Below, piece after piece: positions 42,981-51,665 of a DNA stretch of 64,000 nt. The position numbers and the translations under genes are program-made. The notes below the pieces were generated by a model. It was not told where the DNA came from and did no database searches. It saw nothing but the letters and a program-made list of their open reading frames with translations. The DNA lies in the NCBI GenBank assembly GCA_016700315.1, contig CP065013.1, positions 257,449 through 321,448 on the forward strand. The letters run 5' to 3'. The DNA is from Candidatus Saccharimonadota bacterium (GTDB taxonomy: Bacteria; Patescibacteriota; Saccharimonadia; Saccharimonadales; SZUA-47). Positions within the stretch are counted from its first letter, which is position 1, and the number at the start of each line of letters is the position of its first letter.

Positions 42981-43103
42981 AGTTCAGCTATACGACGAAA
43001 TGCTATGAGCCGTATATCTATTTCTTTGCAACCAAAATTCTGATGGTTAGTTTATGCATTCCATTGTCCGCTTTATTTATTAGCGAACTAGCAAAGCACA
43101 AAT

Positions 43104-43370
43104 TTAGCGGCGTAGGCCGAGCTTCTTAATAAGGCTTAGGTATTTTGCACTGTCACGATCAGCAATGTATTTGAGCAGTTTTTTGCGCTGTCCAACCATT
43201 TGGAGTAGACCGCGTCGGGCTGCAAAATCTTTTTTGTTGATCTTCATGTGGTCAGTCAGTTCGTTGATACGAGCTGTCAGCAAACCAACTTGAGTAGAAG
43301 CCGAACCAGTATCAGTTTTGCTCACGCCCAAATCAGCCACAATTGCCTGTTTTTTCTCTAGAGTCATCAT
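43104..43370 (-). CDS. rpsO: 30S ribosomal protein S15
   Basis: TGSASTQVGLLTARINELTDHMKINKKDFAARRGLLQMVGQRKKLLKYI. Confidence 0.93.
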   Translation of the reverse strand: MMTLEKKQAIVADLGVSKTDTGSASTQVGLLTARINELTDHMKINKKDFAARRGLLQMVGQRKKLLKYIADRDSAKYLSLIKKLGLRR

Positions 43371-43428
43371 ATATTAGTTACTACTGTAGCACATCTGTTA
43401 GTCAGATGCAACTTTGAATCTAGCTTTT

Positions 43429-43638
43429 CTAGTCAATGAGAGCCCTGGTCGCCATACCACCAACGACTAAAACACTACGCCCTTCACCCAGTTTTCGCAA
43501 ACCATTATCACCAGTTAAAGCCAACATGTCTTTATCAACTACGCCATTCCAGCCAGTTATGGGTTGGCCTAGCTCGTCTGCTGTAGGCTCTTTAAGTTCC
43601 GACAACTCACCATAAAAACTACCTTCAATTTCCGTCAT
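43429..43638 (-). CDS. Hypothetical protein (69 aa)
   Basis: ORF in operon position between truB and rpsO. No motif recognised. Confidence 0.4.
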   Translation of the reverse strand: MTEIEGSFYGELSELKEPTADELGQPITGWNGVVDKDMLALTGDNGLRKLGEGRSVLVVGGMATRALID

Positions 43639-43675
43639 TTCTGCTCCTTATTTCGAATCAATACTACAACAGCGC

Positions 43676-44383
43676 CTAGATATCTTCAATAGTTTTAGCA
43701 TCTTTTACTTCATAGCCTCCGATTTTCGTACGTCGAAGCTCAAGACAGTAAGCACCCGTACCAAGTTCTTTGCCAATATCTTCCGCAAGGGTACGAATGT
43801 ATGTGCCGCTGGAGACATGGGCACGTACTTTTATTTCTGGCCAGACGTACTCAAGCAGCTCCAGGCTATAAATCGTTACTTGGCGTGGTTTCAGTTCGAC
43901 TTTTTTGCCCGCCCTAGCAAGCTCATAAGCCTTTTTGCCGTTAACCTTGATAGCCGAATACTGCGGCGGCACCTGCGTGATCTCACCAACAAACTTAGCT
44001 AGCGCCTTTTGTACCTCTTCAGTAGATGGTAGATGGTAGTTAGTAGTTGGAGTGGCTTCTCTTCGTTCATCGTTCAGCATCCCTCGTTCTGTGATTTCCC
44101 CTTCCGGATCACCGGTCGTCGAGACAGCCCCAAGTCGAAAAGTCGCCTCATAGACCTTATCTTGCTTCATAAACTCGTCCTGACGCTTCGTGGCACTGCC
44201 AATCAGGATTATCAGCAGCCCCGTAGCAAAAGGATCGAGCGTGCCACTGTGGCCTACTTTTAGTTTCTGTTTACCGTTTACTGAGGACTGAGGACTATTT
44301 TTTCGTAAATCAGAGCGGATTTTGGCCACCACATCAAAACTAGTCCACCCCGATGGTTTATCTATCAGAATTACTTGATCCAT
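43676..44383 (-). CDS. truB: tRNA pseudouridine(55) synthase
   Basis: KVGHSGTLDPFATGLLIILIG catalytic Asp motif, and QVPPQYSAIKVNGKKAYELAR. Confidence 0.92.
   Translation of the reverse strand: MDQVILIDKPSGWTSFDVVAKIRSDLRKNSPQSSVNGKQKLKVGHSGTLDPFATGLLIILIGSATKRQDEFMKQDKVYEATFRLGAVSTTGDPEGEITERGMLNDERREATPTTNYHLPSTEEVQKALAKFVGEITQVPPQYSAIKVNGKKAYELARAGKKVELKPRQVTIYSLELLEYVWPEIKVRAHVSSGTYIRTLAEDIGKELGTGAYCLELRRTKIGGYEVKDAKTIEDI
44022..44088. repeat. Intragenic heptamer arrays inside truB: GTAGATG GTAGATG GTAGTTA GTAGTTG (44022-49) and CTTCGTT CATCGTT CAGCATC CCTCGTT (44061-88)
   Basis: Read directly. Translated in frame as ERGMLNDERREATPTTNYHLPST. The E. coli TruB sequence as I recall it is about 14 residues shorter here. 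Confidence 0.85.
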
Positions 44384-45026
44384 CCAAAAACTCCTGCTGA
44401 ATCAATTCCCCAATTTCCGTACGGTATTCGCCTAAGGCATTACGACACACTAAAGTTGCCATGGTTGATATATCTTCAACGCAAAATTCAGCAACTCTGC
44501 TACTTTCGATACTACGAGTGTCTGTAACACCGGCCAGTACAAAACTGACTCTAAAGAGATTACGTCTAGTGTAAACGCCCGTACCCCCTACCTCACTGAC
44601 TACGCCAGGTTGGTTGGGTACGGGTGGCAGTAGCGCTTCTAGGCCTTCGTTGACTATGTCAAAAGTCGGAAAAGCTTCGCCTTTTACGACTCTTGATCGC
44701 CAGCTGTAATGTCGGCTACCTTTCGAAGCTTGCTCGCCTTTTTCAGCGATAATCTCCGAGCCGCTATTAATAATTATCTCTTTGACTTTATCATCAGTAA
44801 CCCCAGCCCGTCTTAAATAGCCAGCTATGCAAGCAATTAGGGTCGTATCGCTACCGTAAGACATGTTGAATAGTTTTAATCTAGGATCATCATGCTCAGG
44901 CCTCTGTTTTATATCGCCGCTCCAAGCGGCGATAAGGATGTCACCGTGACCAAAATACCCATATTCAATATTTCTATCAACTCCAAAATTTGTAGGGGGC
45001 AACTGCCTCCTTAACCTCTCATACAT
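44358..45026 (-). CDS. Hypothetical protein (222 aa)
   Basis: Coding-like ORF that overlaps the truB start by 26 nt. No motif recognised. Confidence 0.55.
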   Translation of the reverse strand: MYERLRRQLPPTNFGVDRNIEYGYFGHGDILIAAWSGDIKQRPEHDDPRLKLFNMSYGSDTTLIACIAGYLRRAGVTDDKVKEIIINSGSEIIAEKGEQASKGSRHYSWRSRVVKGEAFPTFDIVNEGLEALLPPVPNQPGVVSEVGGTGVYTRRNLFRVSFVLAGVTDTRSIESSRVAEFCVEDISTMATLVCRNALGEYRTEIGELIQQEFLDGSSNSDR

Positions 45027-45330
45027 ATTACCCGTATTCTGACAAATACTTTAGCCGCAATCAACCATAAAGTATTGCAAAACTAAAAAGCGTCGCAAAT
45101 CAAAGCCACTTCAATGGCGCAACTAAAGTTCTCTGCAGCCACGGATTCCTAAACTCAAGCCCAAAATCCACTCCCCTAAGCCAGATAATCCAGCAAATAT
45201 TCCACAAAAATTCACACAATACAGCCCTCAAATCAACAGATACAAAATTCAAAATTCACATTTCCCTCCCCTGTATAAGGACGGACCTTATACAGAGGAG
45301 CGGGGAGCGATTTGGTTGGTTTCAGTGGTA

Positions 45331-47097
45331 CTATTTCGCTTCGGCCTGGCCGCTTGGGTCAAAGAACTGGGGCGTCATCACTATTGGCGGCGGAACTTCT
45401 GGAGGTGAGTTTGGATCTTTTACCTCTGGTTTTGGTGCTTCAGGCTGTGCTGCTTCTGCACCAGAATTTAGGTTTTCCAACGCAGGTATTGCGTTAAGCG
45501 CTTCGATTGGCTTCATCGTTGGCTCGGCTAGTGCTTTTGCGGTTTCGGCTTCTTGCTTGATAGTAGCTCGAGCAGCCTCCTGGTCAACTTTCGGCGCGGT
45601 CATAGCGTGAGCACTGCCAATTAACTTCTCAATGTCGGCCAAGGTATCGCTAGAATTAGGTTGCGCTTTAACTGGAGCAGGAACAGATACAGAAGGTGCT
45701 ACAGCTTCAGCCTGCGAAGGTGCGGGTGGAATAGCCACTTCTTCTACTACTGTTGGCTGGGCTGCAGGCTCACTCGGCAAACTTTCTGGTTGCATAATTG
45801 GCTCAACCGGTTCCGGCAGCTGTGTCTCTCCGACCCCTTCTCCATCTTCAGCTAGAGGCCGCAGGGTTTTACCGCGCGTCATAATTGGTCCTGGCTTAGG
45901 CGGTAAATTAAAGCTCATTGCATCAGTTGACGGTTCGTTCACAACTCGCTCTGGCTCTGTGTTAGCTGTAAGTTGGCCTGTATTTTTAGGTTGCTGTTCA
46001 ATTCTCTCTCGAGTAACTTGTTCATTGGTTGGCTGCTCTGCCTCCTGAACCTCACCTGCCACTTGTGTTTCTTCGATCACGACTGGTTCTTGAGCCTCCA
46101 CAACTGGCTCGTCCTCTGCAACAGGTAACTCTTGTTCGTAAACTTCTTGCTTTTCTACTGGCACATCAAAGGCTGGTTCGCTACTGTTTACTTCTTCATT
46201 GAACTCTGAAGATTTATCATGAGCAATAGACATGCTGCCATCGTCGTTTACTACTATATCGTCTTGCTCGCCGATTTCCTCTGCTGGCTCCGTCCCGTTA
46301 AAATCTGCTTCGGGCAGCACCGCTTCTTCAAATTGAGCAGCTGGTGGTTCTGGTTTTTCCAGCTCATCAGCCACCAGCTGTTGATTAGCTCCTGCCGCCA
46401 TGAGCTGGGCGGCCAACTGCATAACTCTCGGACTAGTGTTTTGATTTCGGAAGCGGTCTGTTTGTGCCACCAAGCCCGTCAAAAGCGAAGTTGCAATCTG
46501 ATCGTCAAGACCGTCTGGATCAAGCTGAGCACAGATACGTGCTGCCATTTCTGAGAGTCCAGACGCACGATCATCATGCAAGTTGATAGAACCGATATCC
46601 GTTGCCACATCACCAACCGACACACCTATCACTGTTGCATCGTGTAATATTCGGCCGTGAGCCAGTATAGCTTCATCAAGATCTTCTCTCGTCATGACAC
46701 CAAGAGCCACAACAGCCTCCACGTTGAAATCGCCCTGACTAAAATCAAAATCATTGGCTGCGAGACTAGTTCGGTAAGGCGTTATGAATATCTTAACGAC
46801 ATCTCCTTCTACCTTGTAACGGAGTTTGTCAGCCTTGGCCTTATCAAGTGAAATAATAAAATCACGAAGTGAATCTGTATTGCCTTCTATGGTCTCTTCA
46901 GGATTCAAGAAATCAAGTACTGGTGGGATTTGACCGCTAAAGACCGCTGCTCCATGCTTATTAAGCTTATTAATAAACAGGGTCATACCAATACAGGCCG
47001 CTAATTGGTCTAACGACGGGTTCCGGCTAACCGTAATCATAATAGTATTTGCCTGTTTAAGGCGTTCAACTATCTGTTGGAGTACTTGTGGATCCAT
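45331..47097 (-). CDS. Protein with a DHH/NrnA-like N-terminal half (catalytic motifs not evident) and a ~330-aa E/P/Q/A-rich tail
   Basis: The N-terminal ~250 aa follow the DHH-family layout (IMITVSRNPSLDQLAACIGMTLFINKL..., ...VVALGV...) but lack DHH residues. The remainder is low complexity. Confidence 0.35.
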   Translation of the reverse strand: MDPQVLQQIVERLKQANTIMITVSRNPSLDQLAACIGMTLFINKLNKHGAAVFSGQIPPVLDFLNPEETIEGNTDSLRDFIISLDKAKADKLRYKVEGDVVKIFITPYRTSLAANDFDFSQGDFNVEAVVALGVMTREDLDEAILAHGRILHDATVIGVSVGDVATDIGSINLHDDRASGLSEMAARICAQLDPDGLDDQIATSLLTGLVAQTDRFRNQNTSPRVMQLAAQLMAAGANQQLVADELEKPEPPAAQFEEAVLPEADFNGTEPAEEIGEQDDIVVNDDGSMSIAHDKSSEFNEEVNSSEPAFDVPVEKQEVYEQELPVAEDEPVVEAQEPVVIEETQVAGEVQEAEQPTNEQVTRERIEQQPKNTGQLTANTEPERVVNEPSTDAMSFNLPPKPGPIMTRGKTLRPLAEDGEGVGETQLPEPVEPIMQPESLPSEPAAQPTVVEEVAIPPAPSQAEAVAPSVSVPAPVKAQPNSSDTLADIEKLIGSAHAMTAPKVDQEAARATIKQEAETAKALAEPTMKPIEALNAIPALENLNSGAEAAQPEAPKPEVKDPNSPPEVPPPIVMTPQFFDPSGQAEAK

Positions 47098-47180
47098 TTT
47101 ATTTGTTTTTTATTTTTTGCTGATACAAGCTCACAATACCATATGAAAATGCTTATGACAATATAATAGTATTGGATCGA

Positions 47181-47210
47181 TTGTTGTATTTTTGTATGTT
47201 CAGTTATAAT
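47181..47210 (+). promoter_or_regulatory. Candidate sigma70-type promoter of rpsT
   Basis: TTGTTG (47181-86), an 18-nt spacer, then TATAAT (47205-10). AAAGGAGA Shine-Dalgarno sequence before the ATG at 47249. Confidence 0.4.
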
Positions 47211-47248
47211 GTATTTAAGAAAGCGAAAAATTAAAGGAGAAACAGTAA

Positions 47249-47632
47249 ATGCCAATTATCAAATCAGCCAAGAAGCGCGTCAAAGTTGCCCGTAAAGCTA
47301 CTGTCAGAAACGCTAAAACCAAGAAAAGCGTACGAGGTGCACTAAAGGCTTTTGCCAGCGCAGTGTCTGGCAAAAAAGCCGTTTCATCTAGCCGCAGCAA
47401 GGCCCAAAGTGCCATCGACAAGGCAGTCAAAAAAGGTGTAATGAGCAAAAAGCGTGCAGCACGTAAAAAAAGCCAGCTGAGCAAATCCGCCAAAGCTAGC
47501 GGTGCCAAAGTTGAGAAGCGCTCTGCCCCAAAGAAAACTCAGCTCAAAAAAGCTAGCGTCAAGAAAGCCGCTCCAAAGAAATCTACAGCCAAAAAACCAG
47601 CTGCCAAAAAAGTTTCTGCAAAGAAAAAATAG
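47249..47632 (+). CDS. rpsT: 30S ribosomal protein S20 with Lys/Ala-rich C-terminal extension
   Basis: MPIIKSAKKRVKVARKATVRNAKTKKSVRGALKAF followed by a ~45-aa KKAAPKK-type tail. Confidence 0.9.
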   Translation: MPIIKSAKKRVKVARKATVRNAKTKKSVRGALKAFASAVSGKKAVSSSRSKAQSAIDKAVKKGVMSKKRAARKKSQLSKSAKASGAKVEKRSAPKKTQLKKASVKKAAPKKSTAKKPAAKKVSAKKK

Positions 47633-47676
47633 TTTCTAGCAGAATAAATAAAAAGCCGCTCAAACATGGGCAGCTT

Positions 47677-48591
47677 TTAGAAGCCAACGATTAGGGTTCT
47701 TAGTGCCTCATCAATGTCATAACTAGATGTTTTAGCGCGGTATTCAATATCTACAAGATCGGCAGCAACCGCTTTTATATCTTTAAGTGTCATGTTTCTA
47801 CTCAAACTTAGTGCCTTCTCAGCTGAATAAGGGCTTAGTCGGGCTTTGCGCGCCAGATTACTTGCCGAACTTTCGCCGCTAGTTTTGGCAAGAGCAATTT
47901 GATGAAGTTGCCAGCCTATCATACTCAAAATCGCAAAAGGTTCAACCTTTTGCGCACGCTGCTGCTCATAAAGCTCCAGGGCCTTCTTGTGCTGGCCCGA
48001 AAAAGCCGCACTCAAAAGATCAAAAATGCTGCTCTCAGGCGTTGGGTCAGTCAAAAGATGAATTGACTCCCGGTTAATATCAGTCGAATAAGTCGCCAGC
48101 TTGTCTATCTCTTGCGCTAGCAAGCTCTGATCACCACCAACCCTTTCAATCAAATATTGCGCATCGGCAGGACTCAGGCTGGCTTTGCGCTCACGGGCTT
48201 CTTCTACACACCAGCTCGCTATGTTGGCACTTTGTGCGGCCCCATGCTCGCGGAACTCAGGCCGTTTTTTCAAAGTCTTATAGTAAACCGAACGTTTGTC
48301 CAACTTACCTTCGACCAGCAAAAGGTCATTACCACCTTCTGCAGCATGTAGAACCTGCTCAACGTTATCTGCTATTTCTTTGTTTTCGCTTCCGCGGCGC
48401 AATACTACTAGTTTCTTGCTAGCCAAAAACGGCAAGCTATTGAGAGCTCCTATCACATCATTGACAGTGGTATCTTCCCCCTCGAAACGTTCTAGTGAAA
48501 GGTCACCAAACTTTTCCAAAAACCTAGCACAAACCTTGTCGGCCGCTTGTTTGATTGCCCAACCATTCTCCCCGCAAAGTATAGTAACCAT
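47677..48591 (-). CDS. holA: DNA polymerase III delta subunit
   Basis: Length and the N-terminal pattern (...LPFLASKKLVVLR...) fit HolA. C-terminal helical domain. Confidence 0.72.
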   Translation of the reverse strand: MVTILCGENGWAIKQAADKVCARFLEKFGDLSLERFEGEDTTVNDVIGALNSLPFLASKKLVVLRRGSENKEIADNVEQVLHAAEGGNDLLLVEGKLDKRSVYYKTLKKRPEFREHGAAQSANIASWCVEEARERKASLSPADAQYLIERVGGDQSLLAQEIDKLATYSTDINRESIHLLTDPTPESSIFDLLSAAFSGQHKKALELYEQQRAQKVEPFAILSMIGWQLHQIALAKTSGESSASNLARKARLSPYSAEKALSLSRNMTLKDIKAVAADLVDIEYRAKTSSYDIDEALRTLIVGF

Positions 48592-48628
48592 ACATATAGG
48601 TTATAGCTAAAACGCAGCACATAAAAGT

Positions 48629-48770
48629 GCTAGAGCTTCTCCTGGCAGCTCGGGCACAGATGTGTGCCTCGCCCAGCAGGGTTTGTTCTAGGAGGGGCAC
48701 ACCCCTCCGCTTCAAAACTGAAGTAAATTCAGTTTTTCGCCCTCCCCCTAAAGGCAGTGCTTACAGCTCT
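48629..48770 (-). repeat. ~50-bp duplicate of the mutM 3' end (48629-48678) plus ~92-nt two-hairpin element, copy C (48679-48770)
   Basis: CTGGCAGCTCGGGCACAGATGTGTGCCTCGCCCAGCA is identical in both copies (second copy at 48781-48817). The duplicate keeps frame and stop (…GRGTHLCPSCQEKL-stop versus …CQQL-stop). Hairpins are GGAGGGG-CACA-CCCCTCC and AAAACTGAA-GTAAA-TTCAGTTTT. Confidence 0.88.
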
Positions 48771-48771
48771 G

Positions 48772-49743
48772 CTAGAGTTGCTGGCAGCTCGGGCACAGAT
48801 GTGTGCCTCGCCCAGCAACTCTTGTTTTAATGATGGTGGTTTGGCAGCGTGGGCACGGGGCACCTTCTTTGCGGAAGACTCTAGCGAAATCTATGTAACT
48901 TCCCCGCTTGCCTTCAGCGTTGACATAGTTACGGTCGGTGCTGCCGCCTTTTTCGATCGACAACTTGAGTACATAAATAATTTCAGAGTGCAGCTTAGTC
49001 AGTCTGGCATTTGAGAGATCCCGGACCAAGCTTGCCGGATGAATACTAGACCCCCAAAGCGATTCGTCAGCGTAGATATTGCCCACTCCTGCCAGAACTG
49101 TTTGATCCAAAAGCGCCGCCTTAATGCTGCTATTTTTGCGCTTTTGCAGTCTTTTGATTAAGACTTTGGGCATAAAATCTTCTTCTAGCGGTTCAGGCCC
49201 AACCTTTTTCATAAAATCAATTTCGGCGACAGCAATCGTCGGCATTAACCTTACCCAGCCAAACTTACGCTGGTCATTGAAGTATAGGTGCTCGCTATCC
49301 CCAAGAAAGAAATCTACCCTTGTCGATTTATCGGGCAGGTTACCTACTAGCGAATTGTTTGGATGCCCAGCCCCAAACCGAGTCTCTGTCTCGGAAAATT
49401 CTAAATCATGAGGACCATATCCTAAATTTTTTTCTTTTTTGTTTTTATTATTTTTTAGAATTTCGGATTTAGATTTTAGGGTTTTTCTTTGTCCGACAAA
49501 GACTAGTTGCCCTGTCATTTTAAGATGAATAACAAAAGTGTAGCCAGTCGACAAATCGATCATCAAAACTTTAGCTCGGCGACGCACATCAATAATTTTG
49601 GCGCCGATTGCAAACTTACTTACCTCTGTTTCTGGGTTTGGGAAGCTTTTTGCCCAGTCGTGAGTAATTTTTGTGATCGACTTACCAACAATCAAACTAA
49701 CTAGTCCGAGTCGGACGGTTTCAACTTCAGGCAGCTCTGGCAT
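48772..49743 (-). CDS. mutM: Formamidopyrimidine-DNA glycosylase
   Basis: MPELPEVETVRLGL N-terminus, H2TH region, and C-terminal zinc finger CPRCQTTIIKTRVAGRGTHLCPSCQ. Confidence 0.9.
   Translation of the reverse strand: MPELPEVETVRLGLVSLIVGKSITKITHDWAKSFPNPETEVSKFAIGAKIIDVRRRAKVLMIDLSTGYTFVIHLKMTGQLVFVGQRKTLKSKSEILKNNKNKKEKNLGYGPHDLEFSETETRFGAGHPNNSLVGNLPDKSTRVDFFLGDSEHLYFNDQRKFGWVRLMPTIAVAEIDFMKKVGPEPLEEDFMPKVLIKRLQKRKNSSIKAALLDQTVLAGVGNIYADESLWGSSIHPASLVRDLSNARLTKLHSEIIYVLKLSIEKGGSTDRNYVNAEGKRGSYIDFARVFRKEGAPCPRCQTTIIKTRVAGRGTHLCPSCQQL
49454..49481. repeat. Intragenic heptamer array in mutM: TTTAGAA TTTCGGA TTTAGAT TTTAGGG
   Basis: Read directly. Same unit family as the intergenic array at 3233-3260. 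Translated as KTLKSKSEILK. Confidence 0.88.
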
Positions 49744-49755
49744 AAAGACATTGTA

Positions 49756-50727
49756 TCAAGCCGCCAAAGCCAGACGCCCCAAATCAACCGCAAAAGGCGT
49801 ATACTTCTTCATTTCGAATTGTTTTTTGGGTGCTTCAACCAAGTCTTTAGCAGCACTGACTAGGGCACGCGCAATCGGCTCTGGCTCTTTCATAAATGTA
49901 GTATGAGTGCCAGATAATACCAAAGCCCTAGAATCTTTCAAAGCTTTAGCAGCTCCTTCAATAATATCTTGGTCGTGAAAAATGTGCCCAACCGGAACAT
50001 GAGACCGTCGAAGATCTTGTATCGGCTCGGCGAGACCAACGCTCTTCAAGTACCTCAGTTCTCCTATCATGTAGCCCCACTCGAGTAGTAGCAGCGGGTT
50101 TCTTAAATTTTTTTCGACTAGCTGACATAACTGCTTCCGCTCAAGTGACAAAACGCCCTCAGAAACATGTTTTACTAGTCTGAAAAGACCACTGACAAGA
50201 TCAATACCCTCATAGTCCATTGCGTCATATACACCTGGTGCGTTTATAGTGACTACACCGTAAGGTAAGCCACTTTTACGGCTTTCACGCTGCTTATCAC
50301 GACGATCTAGGGCAACATCAATTGCTGTTACACCTCCTTGAGATTGACCTCCATACAGCACAGCACTTGGCCTTAATGTGCGTTCGGTCTCTTCCGCACC
50401 CTTGTTAAAAGCTTTTAGCCTTAAGTACCTGGAATAGCTTGTATCCTCAGCTACGAAGGCAGCTTTAAATGCTTTTCTAAGGTCATACGGTCTAACTGTG
50501 CCAACTGTTGCTACCGAAACTTCGCCACTTCCTATATCAATCATGGCTTCTGTAATCTCTCCTAGTGAGTGAGAGCCATCATCGCCCAGCCCACCCTTCA
50601 GCACTATCAACGGTGAGTCTTCAGGGTCTTTGGCCGGGAAGAAGTTTAGATGAAAACCACAACGCCCAAAGTTTGGGTCGCGTCTTTCGTTCCATCTACC
50701 GGGTTTGAATTCTGGGCTACTTAACAT
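49756..50727 (-). CDS. Alpha/beta-hydrolase-fold protein
   Basis: Nucleophile elbow GQSQG (GxSxG) in LYGGQSQGGVTAIDVAL. Size is typical of the fold. Confidence 0.55.
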   Translation of the reverse strand: MLSSPEFKPGRWNERRDPNFGRCGFHLNFFPAKDPEDSPLIVLKGGLGDDGSHSLGEITEAMIDIGSGEVSVATVGTVRPYDLRKAFKAAFVAEDTSYSRYLRLKAFNKGAEETERTLRPSAVLYGGQSQGGVTAIDVALDRRDKQRESRKSGLPYGVVTINAPGVYDAMDYEGIDLVSGLFRLVKHVSEGVLSLERKQLCQLVEKNLRNPLLLLEWGYMIGELRYLKSVGLAEPIQDLRRSHVPVGHIFHDQDIIEGAAKALKDSRALVLSGTHTTFMKEPEPIARALVSAAKDLVEAPKKQFEMKKYTPFAVDLGRLALAA

Positions 50728-50814
50728 GTTTTTCTCTTTATTAGTGCCTATCTGGATAATACTCCTAGTTTTTGATTATGGCCATATCTAGATAAACAAG
50801 AATATAATAGCTAT

Positions 50815-51054
50815 ATGGACTCAGTAAGCAACATAATCGGCAGACGAGTGCCAGATGAAAAACAGTTTTTAGAAGATATTAAGCGCTATATCGGCGAGCA
50901 TTACGATTCATATTGCAGCGTCTCGGTTTCCCAGAGAAATTACGTCTTAGCCGTAGCCAGTGCCAGTCTGGCCAGCACGCTCCAGATGGAACGCATCAAA
51001 ATAGCAAAGGCTTGCGGTCTCGACAAACCTCTACGAATTAGAATCGGCGACTAG
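50815..51054 (+). CDS. Small DUF721/DciA-like protein (tentative)
   Basis: 79 aa ending ...KPLRIRIGD, as in DUF721 proteins. Weak. Confidence 0.35.
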   Translation: MDSVSNIIGRRVPDEKQFLEDIKRYIGEHYDSYCSVSVSQRNYVLAVASASLASTLQMERIKIAKACGLDKPLRIRIGD

Positions 51055-51615
51055 AAGTTCCTCTAGATCAGATTTAAATTTATCAAAGCCCGTAAACAAG
51101 ATAGCGCTGAGCCCAGCTTCAACGGCAGCAGCACAATATTCGTCACGATCATCTGTAAAAATAGCTTCGTTAGGCATGATAGCAAGTTTTTTTAGTGTAT
51201 GCTCATAGATTTCCGCATCTGGTTTACCGACTCCAATGGCACCGCTCTCAACCACCACGTCAAAATACTGAGCAAGTTCTTCTGCGGAAAACCTTCGACT
51301 AATTCCACCTTCCGAAACATTACTCAAAATCGCTGTTTTATACCGCTTTTTCAACTCCAAGATGTAAGCAAAAAGTCTTGTGTCACGACCTTCATGGCTT
51401 GCGACCAACTGAGTCCACTCTTCTGCGCTAATTCCTAAGACTTGCGCGTGTTGTTCGCGCGCTTCTTTGGCTGTCAAAAGCCCCAAGTTTGCAGCATTCA
51501 TTATATCGCGTAAATCTTGTCGCTGCCGACCGCTAACGCTCAGAGTGCCAACCGCCGCATCCATTGAGTCGTTCAAAAGCACACCAAAACAGTCAAAAAT
51601 AATTGCCTTGATCAT
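51031..51615 (-). CDS. HAD-superfamily hydrolase
   Basis: MIKAIIFDCFGVLL motif I, and TDD late motif. Confidence 0.78.
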   Translation of the reverse strand: MIKAIIFDCFGVLLNDSMDAAVGTLSVSGRQRQDLRDIMNAANLGLLTAKEAREQHAQVLGISAEEWTQLVASHEGRDTRLFAYILELKKRYKTAILSNVSEGGISRRFSAEELAQYFDVVVESGAIGVGKPDAEIYEHTLKKLAIMPNEAIFTDDRDEYCAAAVEAGLSAILFTGFDKFKSDLEELLVADSNS

Positions 51616-51665
51616 CTACAACTAGTTTACAGTCTCAATAATATTTAGGCCAGACGTGGCTGTCT

